A stretch of DNA of 64,000 nucleotides from Thiobacillaceae bacterium (GTDB taxonomy: Bacteria > Pseudomonadota > Gammaproteobacteria > Burkholderiales > Thiobacillaceae): the NCBI GenBank assembly GCA_025458005.1, contig JALOTG010000001.1, positions 10,521 to 74,520 on the forward strand, read 5' to 3'. The translations under genes and the position numbers were made by a program. This document shows positions 18,355-30,765 of this stretch, piece by piece (positions within the stretch are counted from its first letter, which is position 1; each line of letters starts with the position of its first letter). The notes below the pieces were generated by a model. The model ran no database searches and had not been told where the DNA came from. It saw only the letters and a list, made by a program, of their open reading frames with translations.

Positions 18355-18394
18355 GGTGAGGGGTGAGGGGTGAGGGGTGAGGGGTGAGGGGTGA
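18355..18394. repeat. Tandem heptanucleotide repeat (GGTGAGG) x5 plus a partial copy. It forms five GGGG tracts separated by TGA.
   Basis: Read directly from the sequence: GGTGAGGGGTGAGGGGTGAGGGGTGAGGGGTGAGGGGTGA. It begins 7 nt upstream of the dat start codon, in the dacA-dat intergenic region. Confidence 0.95.
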
Positions 18395-18442
18395 AAGTTT
18401 AAGCGGTTTCTGCTCGCCGCTCACCGCTTCCCGCTCCCGGCC

Positions 18443-19585
18443 TTACTCGAACATCAGCAGGATGCTGTCCCAGGCCCGGCCGATCAGACCGGCCACGCCG
18501 ACGTTGTCCAGGGCGCGCAGGGGATAGTCGCCGATCGGCCGGCCGTCCAGGGTCAGGCGCAGCGTGCCGACCTGCTGGCCGCGGCTGATCGGCGCGAGCA
18601 TGGGCTGCCGGGTGTGCAGTTCGGCCTTGACACGCTGGGCGGCGCCGCGCGGCAGGGTGACGTGGAAGTCGCCGGTGAAGCCGGCCGCCAGCTCCGACTG
18701 CTTGCCCTTGAAGACCTTCAGGCGGGCGACCGGCTGGTTGCCCTTGTACAGGCGCACCGTCTCGTGGAACTGGAAGCCGTAGTTGAGCAGCTTCTGGCTT
18801 TCCATGGCGCGGGCGCTGTCGGAGCGGGTGCCCAGCACCACCGACAGCAGGCGCCGCTCGCCGCGCCGGGCGGAGGCGATCAGACAGTAGCCGGCGCTCT
18901 CGGTGTGGCCTGTCTTGACGCCGTCGACATTGGGATCCATCCACAGCAGGCGGTTGCGGTTGGGCTGGGTGATGCCGTTGTAGGTGTATTCCTTGAGGGC
19001 GTAATACTGGTAGTACCTGGGATGTTCGCGGATCAGGGCGGTGGCCAGCCGGGCCAGGTCGCGGGCGGTGGTGTAGTGCTGCGGGTGGGGCAGCCCGGTG
19101 CTGTTCATGTAGTGGGTGCCGGTCATGCCCAGCTTCCTGGCCATCGCGTTCATCATGGCGGCGAAGCCTTCCTCGGATCCGGCGATGCCCTCGGCCAGCA
19201 CGACGCAGGCATCATTGCCGGACTGCACGATCATGCCCTTGAGCAGTTCCTCCACCTTGGCCGGCCGACGCGGGTCGAGAAACATGCGCGAGCCCTCCGC
19301 CTTCCAGGCCTGTTCCGAGACCGGCAGGGTCTGGTCCAGGCTGAGTCGGCCTTCCTTGAGGGCGACGAAGACGAGATAGGCGGTCATCAGCTTGGTCAGC
19401 GAGGCCGGTTCGACCCGGGCATCGGGGGTCTTTTCCGCCAGCGACTGGCCGGAGAGCATGTCGGTGAGCAGCCAGGCGCGCGCGTCAATGGCCGGCGGGG
19501 GTGGCACCGGCAGGCTGGAGGCCGCGGCGGGCAGGGCGACGAGCAGGGCGAGCAGGCAGGCCAGATGGCGGAGCGGGCTTTTCAT
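18443..19585 (-). CDS. dacA: D-alanyl-D-alanine carboxypeptidase (PBP5/6 family)
   Basis: Has a signal peptide and the SxxK (SLTKLMT), SGN and KTGHT motifs. Confidence 0.9.
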   Translation of the reverse strand: MKSPLRHLACLLALLVALPAAASSLPVPPPPAIDARAWLLTDMLSGQSLAEKTPDARVEPASLTKLMTAYLVFVALKEGRLSLDQTLPVSEQAWKAEGSRMFLDPRRPAKVEELLKGMIVQSGNDACVVLAEGIAGSEEGFAAMMNAMARKLGMTGTHYMNSTGLPHPQHYTTARDLARLATALIREHPRYYQYYALKEYTYNGITQPNRNRLLWMDPNVDGVKTGHTESAGYCLIASARRGERRLLSVVLGTRSDSARAMESQKLLNYGFQFHETVRLYKGNQPVARLKVFKGKQSELAAGFTGDFHVTLPRGAAQRVKAELHTRQPMLAPISRGQQVGTLRLTLDGRPIGDYPLRALDNVGVAGLIGRAWDSILLMFE

Positions 19586-19710
19586 GGGTTCACGATTTCT
19601 GGTGCGAGGGCGCCGGCCGGCGCGGGCAGGCGAAGATCCTCGGATTATAGAGTGAACATGCTGGACCGGTCGCGCCGCGGCCGGGTTCCCCGTCGCCCGC
19701 CCGGACCGCG

Positions 19711-20973
19711 TCAGCGCACCAGCCGATAAGGCTTGTGGCCGAGGGCGTCGGCCAGCACCAGGGCAGCCTGGTCGGCCAGGGCGGCGTTGGCATAGGGGCC
19801 GGCCTGGATCTTGATCAGGCCGGCGTCGGCCACCTTCTCCAGGCCGGGCAGGTCCGCGCGCGTCCGGAACTGGTCATACAGGCGCTCGGCGGACTGGGGG
19901 TTGCCGTAGGCGGCCAGCTGCAGCCAGTGGGCGGGCGCCGGCGGGGCCACGGTCTCACCGTCCCGGGCCGGACTCGGGGCGGCCGGCGGCGCGGGCTCGT
20001 CCCGCCTGACGCTCACCTTGTAGGGCTTCACGCCGAAGCGCTCGGCCAGATGGCGGGCGGCCTGGTCGGCCTCGGCGGCGTCGGCGTAGGGACCGGCCTG
20101 GACCTTGATCAGGCCGCCGGCCTCCTGGCGGAGCACGCCGGGCACCTGGCGGCCGAGGTCCTGGGCCACCCTGGCCATCAGGGACTCCGCCGCCTCCGGG
20201 CTGGCAAAGGCGCCCAACTGCAGATAAAGGACGCCGGCGCCGCGCGCGGGTTCGGCCGCCGGCAGGGGCCTCTCCACCATCTCCGGCCGGGACAAGGCGG
20301 CGACTATCACCTTGCCGCCCTCGTCCAGGGCGCCGGCGGCGAACGAGGTGGGGGCGTCGCCGGCGTCCGGGAACAGCCGTTCCACCTCCACCATGCTCAC
20401 CCCCTTGAGGAGGTCGAGCTTGTAGGCCCCGGTGTAGGACAGGTCGATGATGCGCTCGGGATGGAAGGGGCCGCGGTCGTTGATGCGCACGACGATGCTG
20501 CGGCCGTTTTCCGGGTTGGTGACGCGGGCGTAGCTGGGGATGGGCAGCGTCTTGTGCGCCGCGGTCATCGCATACATGTCGTAGGGCTCGCCCGAGGAGG
20601 TTGGGCGGTCGTGGAACTTGCGCCCGTACCAGGAGGCCAGGCCGCGTTCCCGGTAGGGTTCGCCGGAGGTATCCGGCACGTAGCGCCGCCCCTTCACCCG
20701 GTAGGCGTCGTTGGCGAAGCGGTGCAGGGATTCCTGGCGGGGCACGGCGTCGGGCACGGCGTGCAGGTTGGGCGGCGGATTGGCGCCGGGGCCGTCGTCC
20801 TTGTAGTAGCCGCCGCCCTTGAAGGGAGGCAGCAGCGTCGGCTGCGCGACCTCCGCGCTGGCGGACGGGAGGCGGTCCTGGGGCTGTTCGGCGGTCCGGC
20901 TGCCCACGCCGGCGCAACCGGCGAGAAGGGCGCCAATCCCAGAAATCACGAGAACTTTATTTGGCAAACTCAT
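19711..20973 (-). CDS. rlpA: Septal ring lytic transglycosylase RlpA with C-terminal SPOR repeats
   Basis: Lipoprotein signal (LLAGCAG), a DPBB core (GLASWYGRKFHDRPTSSGEPYDMYAMTAAHKTLPIPSYARVTN...VRINDRGPF), and repeated SPOR-like segments (LQLGAF..., LQLAAY...). Confidence 0.85.
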   Translation of the reverse strand: MSLPNKVLVISGIGALLAGCAGVGSRTAEQPQDRLPSASAEVAQPTLLPPFKGGGYYKDDGPGANPPPNLHAVPDAVPRQESLHRFANDAYRVKGRRYVPDTSGEPYRERGLASWYGRKFHDRPTSSGEPYDMYAMTAAHKTLPIPSYARVTNPENGRSIVVRINDRGPFHPERIIDLSYTGAYKLDLLKGVSMVEVERLFPDAGDAPTSFAAGALDEGGKVIVAALSRPEMVERPLPAAEPARGAGVLYLQLGAFASPEAAESLMARVAQDLGRQVPGVLRQEAGGLIKVQAGPYADAAEADQAARHLAERFGVKPYKVSVRRDEPAPPAAPSPARDGETVAPPAPAHWLQLAAYGNPQSAERLYDQFRTRADLPGLEKVADAGLIKIQAGPYANAALADQAALVLADALGHKPYRLVR

Positions 20974-22067
20974 GTTTTGACCAATTTTTTGTGGGTCGCA
21001 ACACTCATGACAATACCAAACCCGAACAGCACTGTCACCATCGAGGTGCCTCCGTAGCTCACCAGGGGCAGCGGCACCCCCACTACCGGCAGGATGCCGG
21101 AGACCATGCCCATGTTGACGAAGGCGTAGATGAAGAAGGTGAGCACCAGGGACGCCGACATGAGGCGACCGAACAGCGTGGGGGCACCCGCGGCCAGGAC
21201 CAGGCCGCGGAAGATGATGGCGCCATAGAGCAGCAGCAGCAGGAAGTTGCCGATCAGGCCGAATTCCTCGGAGTAGACCGCGAAGATGAAGTCGGTGGTG
21301 CGCTCGGGCAGGAAGTCCAGGTGGGTCTGGGTGCCGTTCATCCACCCCTTCCCCGCCACGCCGCCCGAGCCGACGGCGATGGTCGACTGGATGATGTGGT
21401 AGCCCGCGCCCAGCGGGTCGCTGCTGGGGTCGAGCATGGTCAGGATGCGCTGCCGCTGGTAGCCGTGCAGCAGGTGCCAGGCGAACGGGGCGGCCAGCAC
21501 CAACAGGGCGGCGGCGCCGGCCAGCACCCTCCAGCTCAGGCCGCCCAGGTAGATGACGAAGAAGCCCGAGGTGGCGATGAGCAGGGCGGTGCCCAGGTCG
21601 GGCTGATGGATGATCAGGGCGACGGGCACCAGCAACAGGCCGATGGCCACGGCATGGTCGAGGGGGCGCAGGATCTCCTGCTTGTGGTGCAGGTACCAGG
21701 CGATCATCAGGGGCACCGCCAGACGCATCAGTTCGGAGGGCTGGATGCGCGTCACCCCCAGGTTGAGCCAGCGCTGCGCGCCGTTCACCACGTCGCCTAC
21801 CAGCTCCACCGCCACCAGCAGCAGCAGGCCCACGGCATAGGCCGGCAGGGCGAACTGCATCAGCCGCTGTGGCGGGATGTGGCTGGCCAGGAACAGCGCG
21901 GTCAGCGCCACGCCCATGTTGGTGAGATGGGCCAGCACCTTGTCCGGGTCGCCCCCCGAGGCGCTGTATACGGTGGCCAGGCTGAGCAGCAGCAGCAAGC
22001 CGAGCAGCCCGGCCAGGGGCGGGTCGAGATGGGCAACGCCGCGCTTGAGCAGACGCTTAACCAGCAT
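20970..22067 (-). CDS. rodA: Peptidoglycan glycosyltransferase RodA (SEDS family)
   Basis: MLVKRLLKRGVAHLDPPL...RIQPSELMRLAVPLMIAWYL...DFIFAVYSEEFGLIG...PLPLVSYGGTSM. The start is the in-frame ATG at 22067. Confidence 0.9.
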   Translation of the reverse strand: MLVKRLLKRGVAHLDPPLAGLLGLLLLLSLATVYSASGGDPDKVLAHLTNMGVALTALFLASHIPPQRLMQFALPAYAVGLLLLVAVELVGDVVNGAQRWLNLGVTRIQPSELMRLAVPLMIAWYLHHKQEILRPLDHAVAIGLLLVPVALIIHQPDLGTALLIATSGFFVIYLGGLSWRVLAGAAALLVLAAPFAWHLLHGYQRQRILTMLDPSSDPLGAGYHIIQSTIAVGSGGVAGKGWMNGTQTHLDFLPERTTDFIFAVYSEEFGLIGNFLLLLLYGAIIFRGLVLAAGAPTLFGRLMSASLVLTFFIYAFVNMGMVSGILPVVGVPLPLVSYGGTSMVTVLFGFGIVMSVATHKKLVKT

Positions 22068-24036
22068 GGGCGGCCCCCTCCTCGGCGGGTGTCGTGGCCG
22101 GGGCGTCCTCCAGGACGGGGCCGGTATCCTCGGATTCCTCGTCGACCGGGGCCTCCTGCGCGGGCGCGGCGGCGACCGGTGCGCCCGGCAGCTTGCCAAG
22201 CAGCCAGTAGTCGATCACCTTGCGGGCGATGGGGGCCGCCGTGGAGCTACCGTGGCCGCCGTTCTCCACCATCACCGCGACCGCGATCTTCGGGGCGTCG
22301 GCCGGCGCGAAGGCGATGAACAGGGCATGGTCGCGGTGGTGGGCGGCGATGCGTTTCTCGTCGTAGCGGGCACCCTGCTTGATGCCGATCACCTGGGCGG
22401 TGCCGGTCTTGCCGGCGAACCGGTAGGCGGCGCCGGCGCCGGCCACGGCCGCGGTGCCGCCGGGCAGCGTGACCTCCACCATGGCCTGCTTGACCACCGC
22501 CACATGCCTGGACTTCAGGGGGATGCGGCCGACGACCTGGGGCGCGGCGTAGTGCATCCGGCCCGTCTCGGCGTCCTGCCAGGCGCGCAACAGCATGGGC
22601 CGGTACACGACCCCGTCGTTGGCCAGGGCCATGGTGGCCACCGCCAGCTGCATGGGAGTGGCCAGGGTGTAGCCCTGGCCGATGCCGGCGATCACCGTCT
22701 CGCCCGGCCACCAGGGCTGTCGGAAGCGTCGCTTCTTCCATGCCGGGCTGGGCAGCAGGCCGGCCAGCTCCCCGTCCAGGTCGACGCCGCTGCGCTCGCC
22801 GAAGCCGAACTGGCCGAGGAAGCGGTGCATGTTCTCGATGCCCATCTGATTGGCCAGCCGGTAGTAATAGGTATCGCACGACACGACCACCGACTTCTTC
22901 AGGTCGACGATGCCGTGGCCGTCCTTCTTCCAGTCCCGATAGCGATGACGGCTGCCGGGCAGGGAAAAATAGCCCGGGTCGACGATGCTGTCGCCCGGCT
23001 GGCGCAGCCCCAGCTCCAGGCCGGCCAGGGCCATGAACGGCTTGATGGTGGAGCCGGGCGGGTAGACCCCGCGCAGCGCCCGGTTGATCAGGGGGCGCTC
23101 GAAGGCGTCGTTGAGCTCCTTCCAGTTGGCCGCGTCGATGCCGTCGATGAACAGGTTGGGGTCGAAGCCGGGCTTCGACATCAGGGCCAGCACGCCGCCG
23201 TTCCTCGGGTCCAGGGCCACCAGGGCGCCCCGGTAATCGCCGAACACCTCCGCCGCCACCTGCTGCAGCCGCGCATCCAGGTGCAGATGGATATTGCTGC
23301 CCGAGGTGGGCGGATCGCGCGACAGGACGCGCACGGCGCGGCCGCCCGAGTCGGTCTCCACCCGCTCGACGCCGGTGCGGCCGTGCAGCCAGTGCTCGTA
23401 GCTGGCCTCCACGCCGGCCTTGCCGATGTGATCCGTGCCCCGGTAATTGGCGTCCTGCCCGTCGGCCTGGAGCTGATCCTTGTCCTGCTGGTTGATGCGC
23501 CCGATGTAGCCCACCACGTGGGCCAGGGTGTCGCTGTAGGGATACTGGCGGAACAGCCGGGCGCGCACCTCGACGCCGGGGAAGCGGTAGCGGTTGACGG
23601 CGAACCGCGCCACTTCCTCCTCGCTCAGGCGCGAGCGCACCGCCACGCTCTCGAAGCCCTTGCTCTCGCCCAGCAGCCGGCGGAAGCGCCTCAGGTCGCC
23701 GGGAGTGATCTCCACCAATTCCGCCAGGCGCGCCAGGGTCTCCTCCAGGTCGCCGGCCTTGTCCGGGGTGATCTCCAGGGTATAGGCGGAATAGTTCTGC
23801 GCCAGCACCGCGCCGTTGCGGTCGTAGATGACGCCGCGCGGCGGCGGGGCCGGCACCAGGGCGATGCGGTTGTTCTCCGCCATGGACTGGTAGCGGTCGT
23901 ACTGCAGGACCTGCAGCCAGAAGAAGCGGCCCAGCAGCACCATGAACAGCAAGGCGGCGATGTAGCCGGCCAGCTCCAGGCGGCGGCGGTAGCGCAGGAA
24001 CTCCAGCTCCGGATTGATCAGGCGCAGCGTTTTCAC
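22057..24036 (-). CDS. mrdA: Penicillin-binding protein 2 (elongasome transpeptidase)
   Basis: 659 aa with RGVIYDRNG, an STIKP active-site motif and KTGTAQ. It lies between mreD and rodA. Confidence 0.9.
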   Translation of the reverse strand: MKTLRLINPELEFLRYRRRLELAGYIAALLFMVLLGRFFWLQVLQYDRYQSMAENNRIALVPAPPPRGVIYDRNGAVLAQNYSAYTLEITPDKAGDLEETLARLAELVEITPGDLRRFRRLLGESKGFESVAVRSRLSEEEVARFAVNRYRFPGVEVRARLFRQYPYSDTLAHVVGYIGRINQQDKDQLQADGQDANYRGTDHIGKAGVEASYEHWLHGRTGVERVETDSGGRAVRVLSRDPPTSGSNIHLHLDARLQQVAAEVFGDYRGALVALDPRNGGVLALMSKPGFDPNLFIDGIDAANWKELNDAFERPLINRALRGVYPPGSTIKPFMALAGLELGLRQPGDSIVDPGYFSLPGSRHRYRDWKKDGHGIVDLKKSVVVSCDTYYYRLANQMGIENMHRFLGQFGFGERSGVDLDGELAGLLPSPAWKKRRFRQPWWPGETVIAGIGQGYTLATPMQLAVATMALANDGVVYRPMLLRAWQDAETGRMHYAAPQVVGRIPLKSRHVAVVKQAMVEVTLPGGTAAVAGAGAAYRFAGKTGTAQVIGIKQGARYDEKRIAAHHRDHALFIAFAPADAPKIAVAVMVENGGHGSSTAAPIARKVIDYWLLGKLPGAPVAAAPAQEAPVDEESEDTGPVLEDAPATTPAEEGAAHAG

Positions 24037-24578
24037 TTCTCTTCGCCGGCGGACGCCTGGACGCTCACCGGCCGGCCGCCGAGACGGCCGAACAGCAGGC
24101 AGGCCGGGATCCAGAGCAGGGTGGCCAGCAGCCCGGAGGCCAGCTCGCCCCAGTCGATGGCGATGCGGCCGAAGGCCAGCCCGACCAGCAGCACCAGGGC
24201 CTCCTTGCCGACGAACACCGGGCCCAGCTGCAGCGCCTGGGCCGCCGGGGAGAATTTCTCCAGGCGGCGGCGCAGGCTCAGGGCAAGGTAGGCAGCGATG
24301 ACATAGACCAGGGCGTGCAGGCCGAACAGCACGCCCTGGGCGGCGTCCACCAGCAGGCCGAGCAGGAAGGCGACGCCGAGGCCGGCGCGATGCGGCTCGT
24401 TGATGTTCCAGTAAAGCAGCACCAGGAAGGCGAAGTCCGGCACCAGCCAGTGCCAGCCCACCGGCCAGGGCAGCAGGCCGAGCAGGAAGGCGAAGGCGAT
24501 GCTGCCGATGACCAGGGCGGCGCCCGCCGGGGCGGCCAGCTGGGGGCCGCGCGGGGCGAGGGACTTTTCGCGCTTCAT
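24033..24578 (-). CDS. mreD: Rod shape-determining protein MreD
   Basis: A polytopic ~181-aa membrane protein directly downstream of mreC. The start is the in-frame ATG at 24578 (MKREKS...). Confidence 0.8.
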   Translation of the reverse strand: MKREKSLAPRGPQLAAPAGAALVIGSIAFAFLLGLLPWPVGWHWLVPDFAFLVLLYWNINEPHRAGLGVAFLLGLLVDAAQGVLFGLHALVYVIAAYLALSLRRRLEKFSPAAQALQLGPVFVGKEALVLLVGLAFGRIAIDWGELASGLLATLLWIPACLLFGRLGGRPVSVQASAGEEK

Positions 24579-25495
24579 GGCCGATCCGCCGGCCGGGTGC
24601 CCGCCGCCGCGGGGGGGGTAGCCGCCGCTCCCGACCGCGTCGTGGTGGCGGCCGCGGGCGCCAGCTGCCGCTGCAGCACCATCAGCTGCCGGTGCTGGCC
24701 GACGCCCGCCACCGGCAGGCATAGGGCGCGGGCAAACGGGGTATGCCGCGGCGGCTCGGTGCGCAGCACCCGGGCCACCGGAATGCCGGGCGGATAGACC
24801 CCATCCAGCCCGGAGGTGACCAGCTCGTCGCCGTCCTGCAGGTCGGCGTGCATGTCCAGGAAGCGCACCTCCAGCAGGCGGTCCTGGCCGGAGCCCGAGA
24901 CGATCAGGCGCAGACCGTTGCGTACCACCTGCACCGGCACCGCCTGCTCGCGGGAGGTGATCAGGGTAACCTCGCTGCTGGCCGGGAAGACCCGGGTCAC
25001 CTGGCCCACCAGCCCCCGCTCGTCCACCACCGGCCAGCCGGCCGCCAGCCCCTGCAGGCTGCCGCTGCCGATCACCACCTTGCGCGCGAAGGGGTTGCTC
25101 ATGGCCTGGACGATCTCCACCGGCTGGCCGACGAAACCGGCCGGCTGGGGCAATCCGAGCAGGCCGCGCAGGTGGGCATTCTCCGCCCGCAGCATGTCCT
25201 GGGCCTGCAGGGCGTGGCCCTGGCGCCGGGCGTTCTCGCGCAGGCGGGCGTTCTCCCGCAGCAGTTCGGCGTGCACGGCGAAGAAGGCGAACGCCTCCTC
25301 GAGATGGAGAAACGGCCGCGCCAGGCCGGCCTGCACCGGATGCAGCACGGAGACGATGCCCGAGCGCAGGAAATGCAGGGTGTTGTAGCGCGCGTCGAGG
25401 CCCATCAGGATCAGGCAGGCGATCAGATAGAGGGCCAGGCGCAGGGGCAGGCCCATCTCCCGGACGAACATGTGGGCCTGGGGCGCGGTGGCCAT
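24575..25495 (-). CDS. mreC: Rod shape-determining protein MreC
   Basis: An N-terminal transmembrane helix, a coiled coil (LRENARLRENARRQ...), and beta-barrel motifs (GLVGQVTRV, VTSGLDGVYPPGIPVARV). Confidence 0.85.
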   Translation of the reverse strand: MATAPQAHMFVREMGLPLRLALYLIACLILMGLDARYNTLHFLRSGIVSVLHPVQAGLARPFLHLEEAFAFFAVHAELLRENARLRENARRQGHALQAQDMLRAENAHLRGLLGLPQPAGFVGQPVEIVQAMSNPFARKVVIGSGSLQGLAAGWPVVDERGLVGQVTRVFPASSEVTLITSREQAVPVQVVRNGLRLIVSGSGQDRLLEVRFLDMHADLQDGDELVTSGLDGVYPPGIPVARVLRTEPPRHTPFARALCLPVAGVGQHRQLMVLQRQLAPAAATTTRSGAAATPPAAAGTRPADRP

Positions 25496-25585
25496 GGGGT
25501 CAGGCGGGGAGGTTCACGGGGCAAGGCTCAAGGCGCAAGGCAATCCGTCCTGGCGCCTCGAGCCCTGTACCTTGCACCGGTCGCG

Positions 25586-26647
<1,062 letters not shown>

Positions 26648-26707
26648 TCAGAAAGTTAAGCGGCGTATGATAACCTAGGCGGCTTGACGAAATAAGGTGT
26701 TGAAGCC

Positions 26708-26995
26708 ATGTCCCTTTCCACCGATGACGTTAAGCGCATCGCCCACCTCGCCCGGATCCGCGTCGACGAGGCGGAGGCCGCCCACTACCAGACCCAGCTC
26801 AACGGCATCTTCCGGCTCATCGAGGAGATGCAGGCGGTGGACACCGCCGGCATCGAACCCATGGCCCACGCCCGCGACCTCCAGCAGCGCCTGCGCGAGG
26901 ACGCGGTGAGCGAGGCGGACCGCCGCGAGGCCTTCCAGGCCATCGCCCCCCAGGTGGAGGCGGGGCTCTACCTGGTGCCCAAGGTGATCGAGTGA
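26708..26995 (+). CDS. gatC: Asp/Glu-tRNA amidotransferase subunit C
   Basis: 95 aa starting [24 protein letters not shown]. It diverges from mreB, as in many proteobacteria. Confidence 0.9.
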   Translation: MSLSTDDVKRIAHLARIRVDEAEAAHYQTQLNGIFRLIEEMQAVDTAGIEPMAHARDLQQRLREDAVSEADRREAFQAIAPQVEAGLYLVPKVIE

Positions 26996-27056
26996 GCCCG
27001 TATGGCTTCTCTTCCGGCCCGCGAGCGGGCCTCCTACCCGCTGACCGCCTGCCAAC

Positions 27057-28508
<1,452 letters not shown>

Positions 28509-28520
28509 GGGAGTCGGGAC

Positions 28521-29138
28521 ATGGGCCACGCACAGCCGCACGCGGAACACTACACAGTCGCCGACTACCTGACCTGGCCGGACGATGTCCGCTGCGAGCT
28601 GATCCACGGCGTGGTCTACGACATGTCGCCGGCGCCGGTGATCGAGCATCAGGTGCTGGTTGGCAAGCTGCACCTGACCCTGGCCAGCTGCGTCGACAAA
28701 AACGGAGGGGGGGGCGGTTCGGGCTGCGCCATGCTGTTGTCCCCCGTGGATGTGGTGCTGGCCGCAGACACGGTGGTCCAGCCCGATCTGATCGTGGTCT
28801 GCGACCCGGCCAAGCTTGCCAACGGCAAGAATGTTCAGGGCGCCCCGGACTTCGTGCTGGAGGTGCTCTCCCCCGCCACCGCCGCCAAGGACAAGCGCGA
28901 GAAGCGCGCCCTGTACGAATCGGCCGGGGTGCGCGAATACCTGATCGTCGACCCCATCGGCCGCTACGCGGAATTGCACACCCTGGGCGCGGACGGCCGC
29001 TATCCCGCCCCAGCCGTGCTGGCCGCCGAGGATGCGCTCCGCCTGGCCGTCGCCCCGGAGCTGTCCCTCACCCTACACGAACTGTTCGACTGGCCGCTGC
29101 CCCAGGCCGTCAGACAACCGCTCGCACGCTATGGATAA
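28521..29138 (+). CDS. Uma2-family (DUF820) PD-(D/E)xK-like endonuclease
   Basis: [29 protein letters not shown]...[10 protein letters not shown]...[37 protein letters not shown] matches the Uma2 family pattern. It is inserted between gatA and gatB. Confidence 0.75.
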   Translation: MGHAQPHAEHYTVADYLTWPDDVRCELIHGVVYDMSPAPVIEHQVLVGKLHLTLASCVDKNGGGGGSGCAMLLSPVDVVLAADTVVQPDLIVVCDPAKLANGKNVQGAPDFVLEVLSPATAAKDKREKRALYESAGVREYLIVDPIGRYAELHTLGADGRYPAPAVLAAEDALRLAVAPELSLTLHELFDWPLPQAVRQPLARYG

Positions 29139-29142
29139 CGCC

Positions 29143-30603
29143 ATGCAATGGGAAACCGTCATCGGGCTAGAGGTGCACACCCAGCTCACCACCCGATCCA
29201 AGATCTTTTCCGGGGCATCGACAGAATTCGGCGCCGCGCCCAACACCCAGGCCTGCGCGGTGGACCTCGCCCTGCCGGGGGTGCTGCCGGTATTGAACAA
29301 GGGGGCGGTGGAACGCGCCATCCGCTTCGGCCTGGCGATCGGCGCCCGGCTCAACCGCGTCAACGTGTTCGCGCGCAAGAACTACTTCTACCCCGACCTC
29401 CCCAAGGGCTACCAGATCAGCCAGTTCGAGCTGCCCATCGTCGAGGCGGGCGAGCTGCCGATCCAGGTCGGCGAGGGCGACAAAGCGGTGACCAAGGTCA
29501 TCCGCATCACGCGCGCCCATCTGGAGGAGGATGCCGGCAAGAGCCTGCACGAGGACTTCCACGGCGAGGATGGGAAGCCCCTCAGCGGCATCGATCTGAA
29601 CCGCGCCGGCACGCCGCTCCTGGAGATCGTCTCCGAGCCGGACATGAGAAGCGCCAAGGAGGCGGTGGCCTACGCCCGGGCGCTGCACACCCTGGTCACC
29701 TGGATCGGCATCTGCGACGGCAACATGCAGGAGGGCAGCTTCCGCGTCGACGCCAACGTCTCGGTGCGGCCCAAGGGCTCGGACAAGTTCGGCACCCGCC
29801 GCGAGATCAAGAACCTCAACTCCTTCCGCTTCCTGGAGCAGGCCATCGAGTACGAGGCGCGCTGGCAGATCGAGCGGATCGAGGATGGCCACGAGATCGT
29901 GCAGGCCACCGTGCTGTTCGACCCGGACACCGGCGAGACGCGCATGATGCGCACCAAGGAGGAGGCGCACGACTACCGTTATTTCCCCGATCCGGACCTG
30001 TTGCCGGTGAAGCTGGACGAGCCCTGGATCGAGCAGGTGCGCGCCGCCCTGCCGGAGCTGCCGCAGCAGAAGCAGGCCCGCTACCAGCGCGACTACGGCC
30101 TGTCAGCCTACGATGCCGTCACCCTGACCGCCTCGCGCGAGATGGCCGATTATTTCGAGGCTACCCTGGCCGCCGCGGGGGTGCCGGCCAAGCTGGCCGC
30201 CAACTGGGTGATGGGCGACCTGGCCGCCGCCCTCAACAAGGAGGGCCTGGCGATCGGGCAGGACCGCATCCCGCCCGCCCGGCTGGCGGGGCTGCTCAAG
30301 CGCGTCGACGACAGCACCCTGTCCAGCAAGCTGGCCAAGGAGGTTTTCGCCGCCATGTGGGCGGGCGAAGGCGAGGCCGACGCCATCATCGAGGCAAAGG
30401 GTCTCAGGCAGATGTCCGACACGGGGGAGATCGAGCGCATCGTCGACGAGGTGCTGGCGGCCCACCCGAAGTCCGTCGAGGAATTCCGCGCCGGCAAGGA
30501 CAAGGCATTCAATGCCCTGGTCGGCCAGGTGATGAAGGCCACCCGCGGCAAGGCCAACCCGCAGCAGGTCAACGAACTGCTGAAGAAGAAGCTGGCCGGC
30601 TGA
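29143..30603 (+). CDS. gatB: Asp/Glu-tRNA amidotransferase subunit B
   Basis: [24 protein letters not shown]... An alternative ATG at 29131 would overlap the Uma2 stop codon. Confidence 0.9.
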   Translation: MQWETVIGLEVHTQLTTRSKIFSGASTEFGAAPNTQACAVDLALPGVLPVLNKGAVERAIRFGLAIGARLNRVNVFARKNYFYPDLPKGYQISQFELPIVEAGELPIQVGEGDKAVTKVIRITRAHLEEDAGKSLHEDFHGEDGKPLSGIDLNRAGTPLLEIVSEPDMRSAKEAVAYARALHTLVTWIGICDGNMQEGSFRVDANVSVRPKGSDKFGTRREIKNLNSFRFLEQAIEYEARWQIERIEDGHEIVQATVLFDPDTGETRMMRTKEEAHDYRYFPDPDLLPVKLDEPWIEQVRAALPELPQQKQARYQRDYGLSAYDAVTLTASREMADYFEATLAAAGVPAKLAANWVMGDLAAALNKEGLAIGQDRIPPARLAGLLKRVDDSTLSSKLAKEVFAAMWAGEGEADAIIEAKGLRQMSDTGEIERIVDEVLAAHPKSVEEFRAGKDKAFNALVGQVMKATRGKANPQQVNELLKKKLAG

Positions 30604-30691
30604 GGACCGCCCTCGAGCGCGGCGGGCAGCCCCGTGTGCCATAGGCAACAGCCCCGAGGCGCGCCATCGGGCGAGGCAAGAAATGGGCCTT

Positions 30692-30720
30692 TTCTGAATA
30701 TTAATATTTGCTAATATTAT
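30692..30720 (+). promoter_or_regulatory. AT-rich putative promoter with a palindromic operator upstream of the radical SAM gene
   Basis: TTCTGA, a 17-nt spacer, then TATTAT. The spacer holds a perfect 12-bp palindrome, AATATTAATATT (30697..30708), followed by the TAATATTA palindrome (30712..30719). This is a sharp AT island in GC-rich DNA. Confidence 0.35.
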
Positions 30721-30765
30721 TTCAGGGCCCCTGCCGCAACGCCCAGAACAACAGGAAACCACATC

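Noticed and set aside
18355-18394. Whether the heptad repeat could be a CRISPR array or minisatellite-encoded peptide (ORF 17441..18424 reads ...LTPHPSPLTPH...).
   Set aside because: The units are contiguous 7-mers with no spacers. The overlapping ORF is an antisense GC artefact. The repeat is kept as a G-quadruplex/slippage finding.
30697-30720. A Fur or Zur box interpretation of the AT-rich palindromes upstream of the radical SAM gene.
   Set aside because: Only about 8/19 positions match the classical Fur box when aligned by eye, which is not enough to name a regulator.
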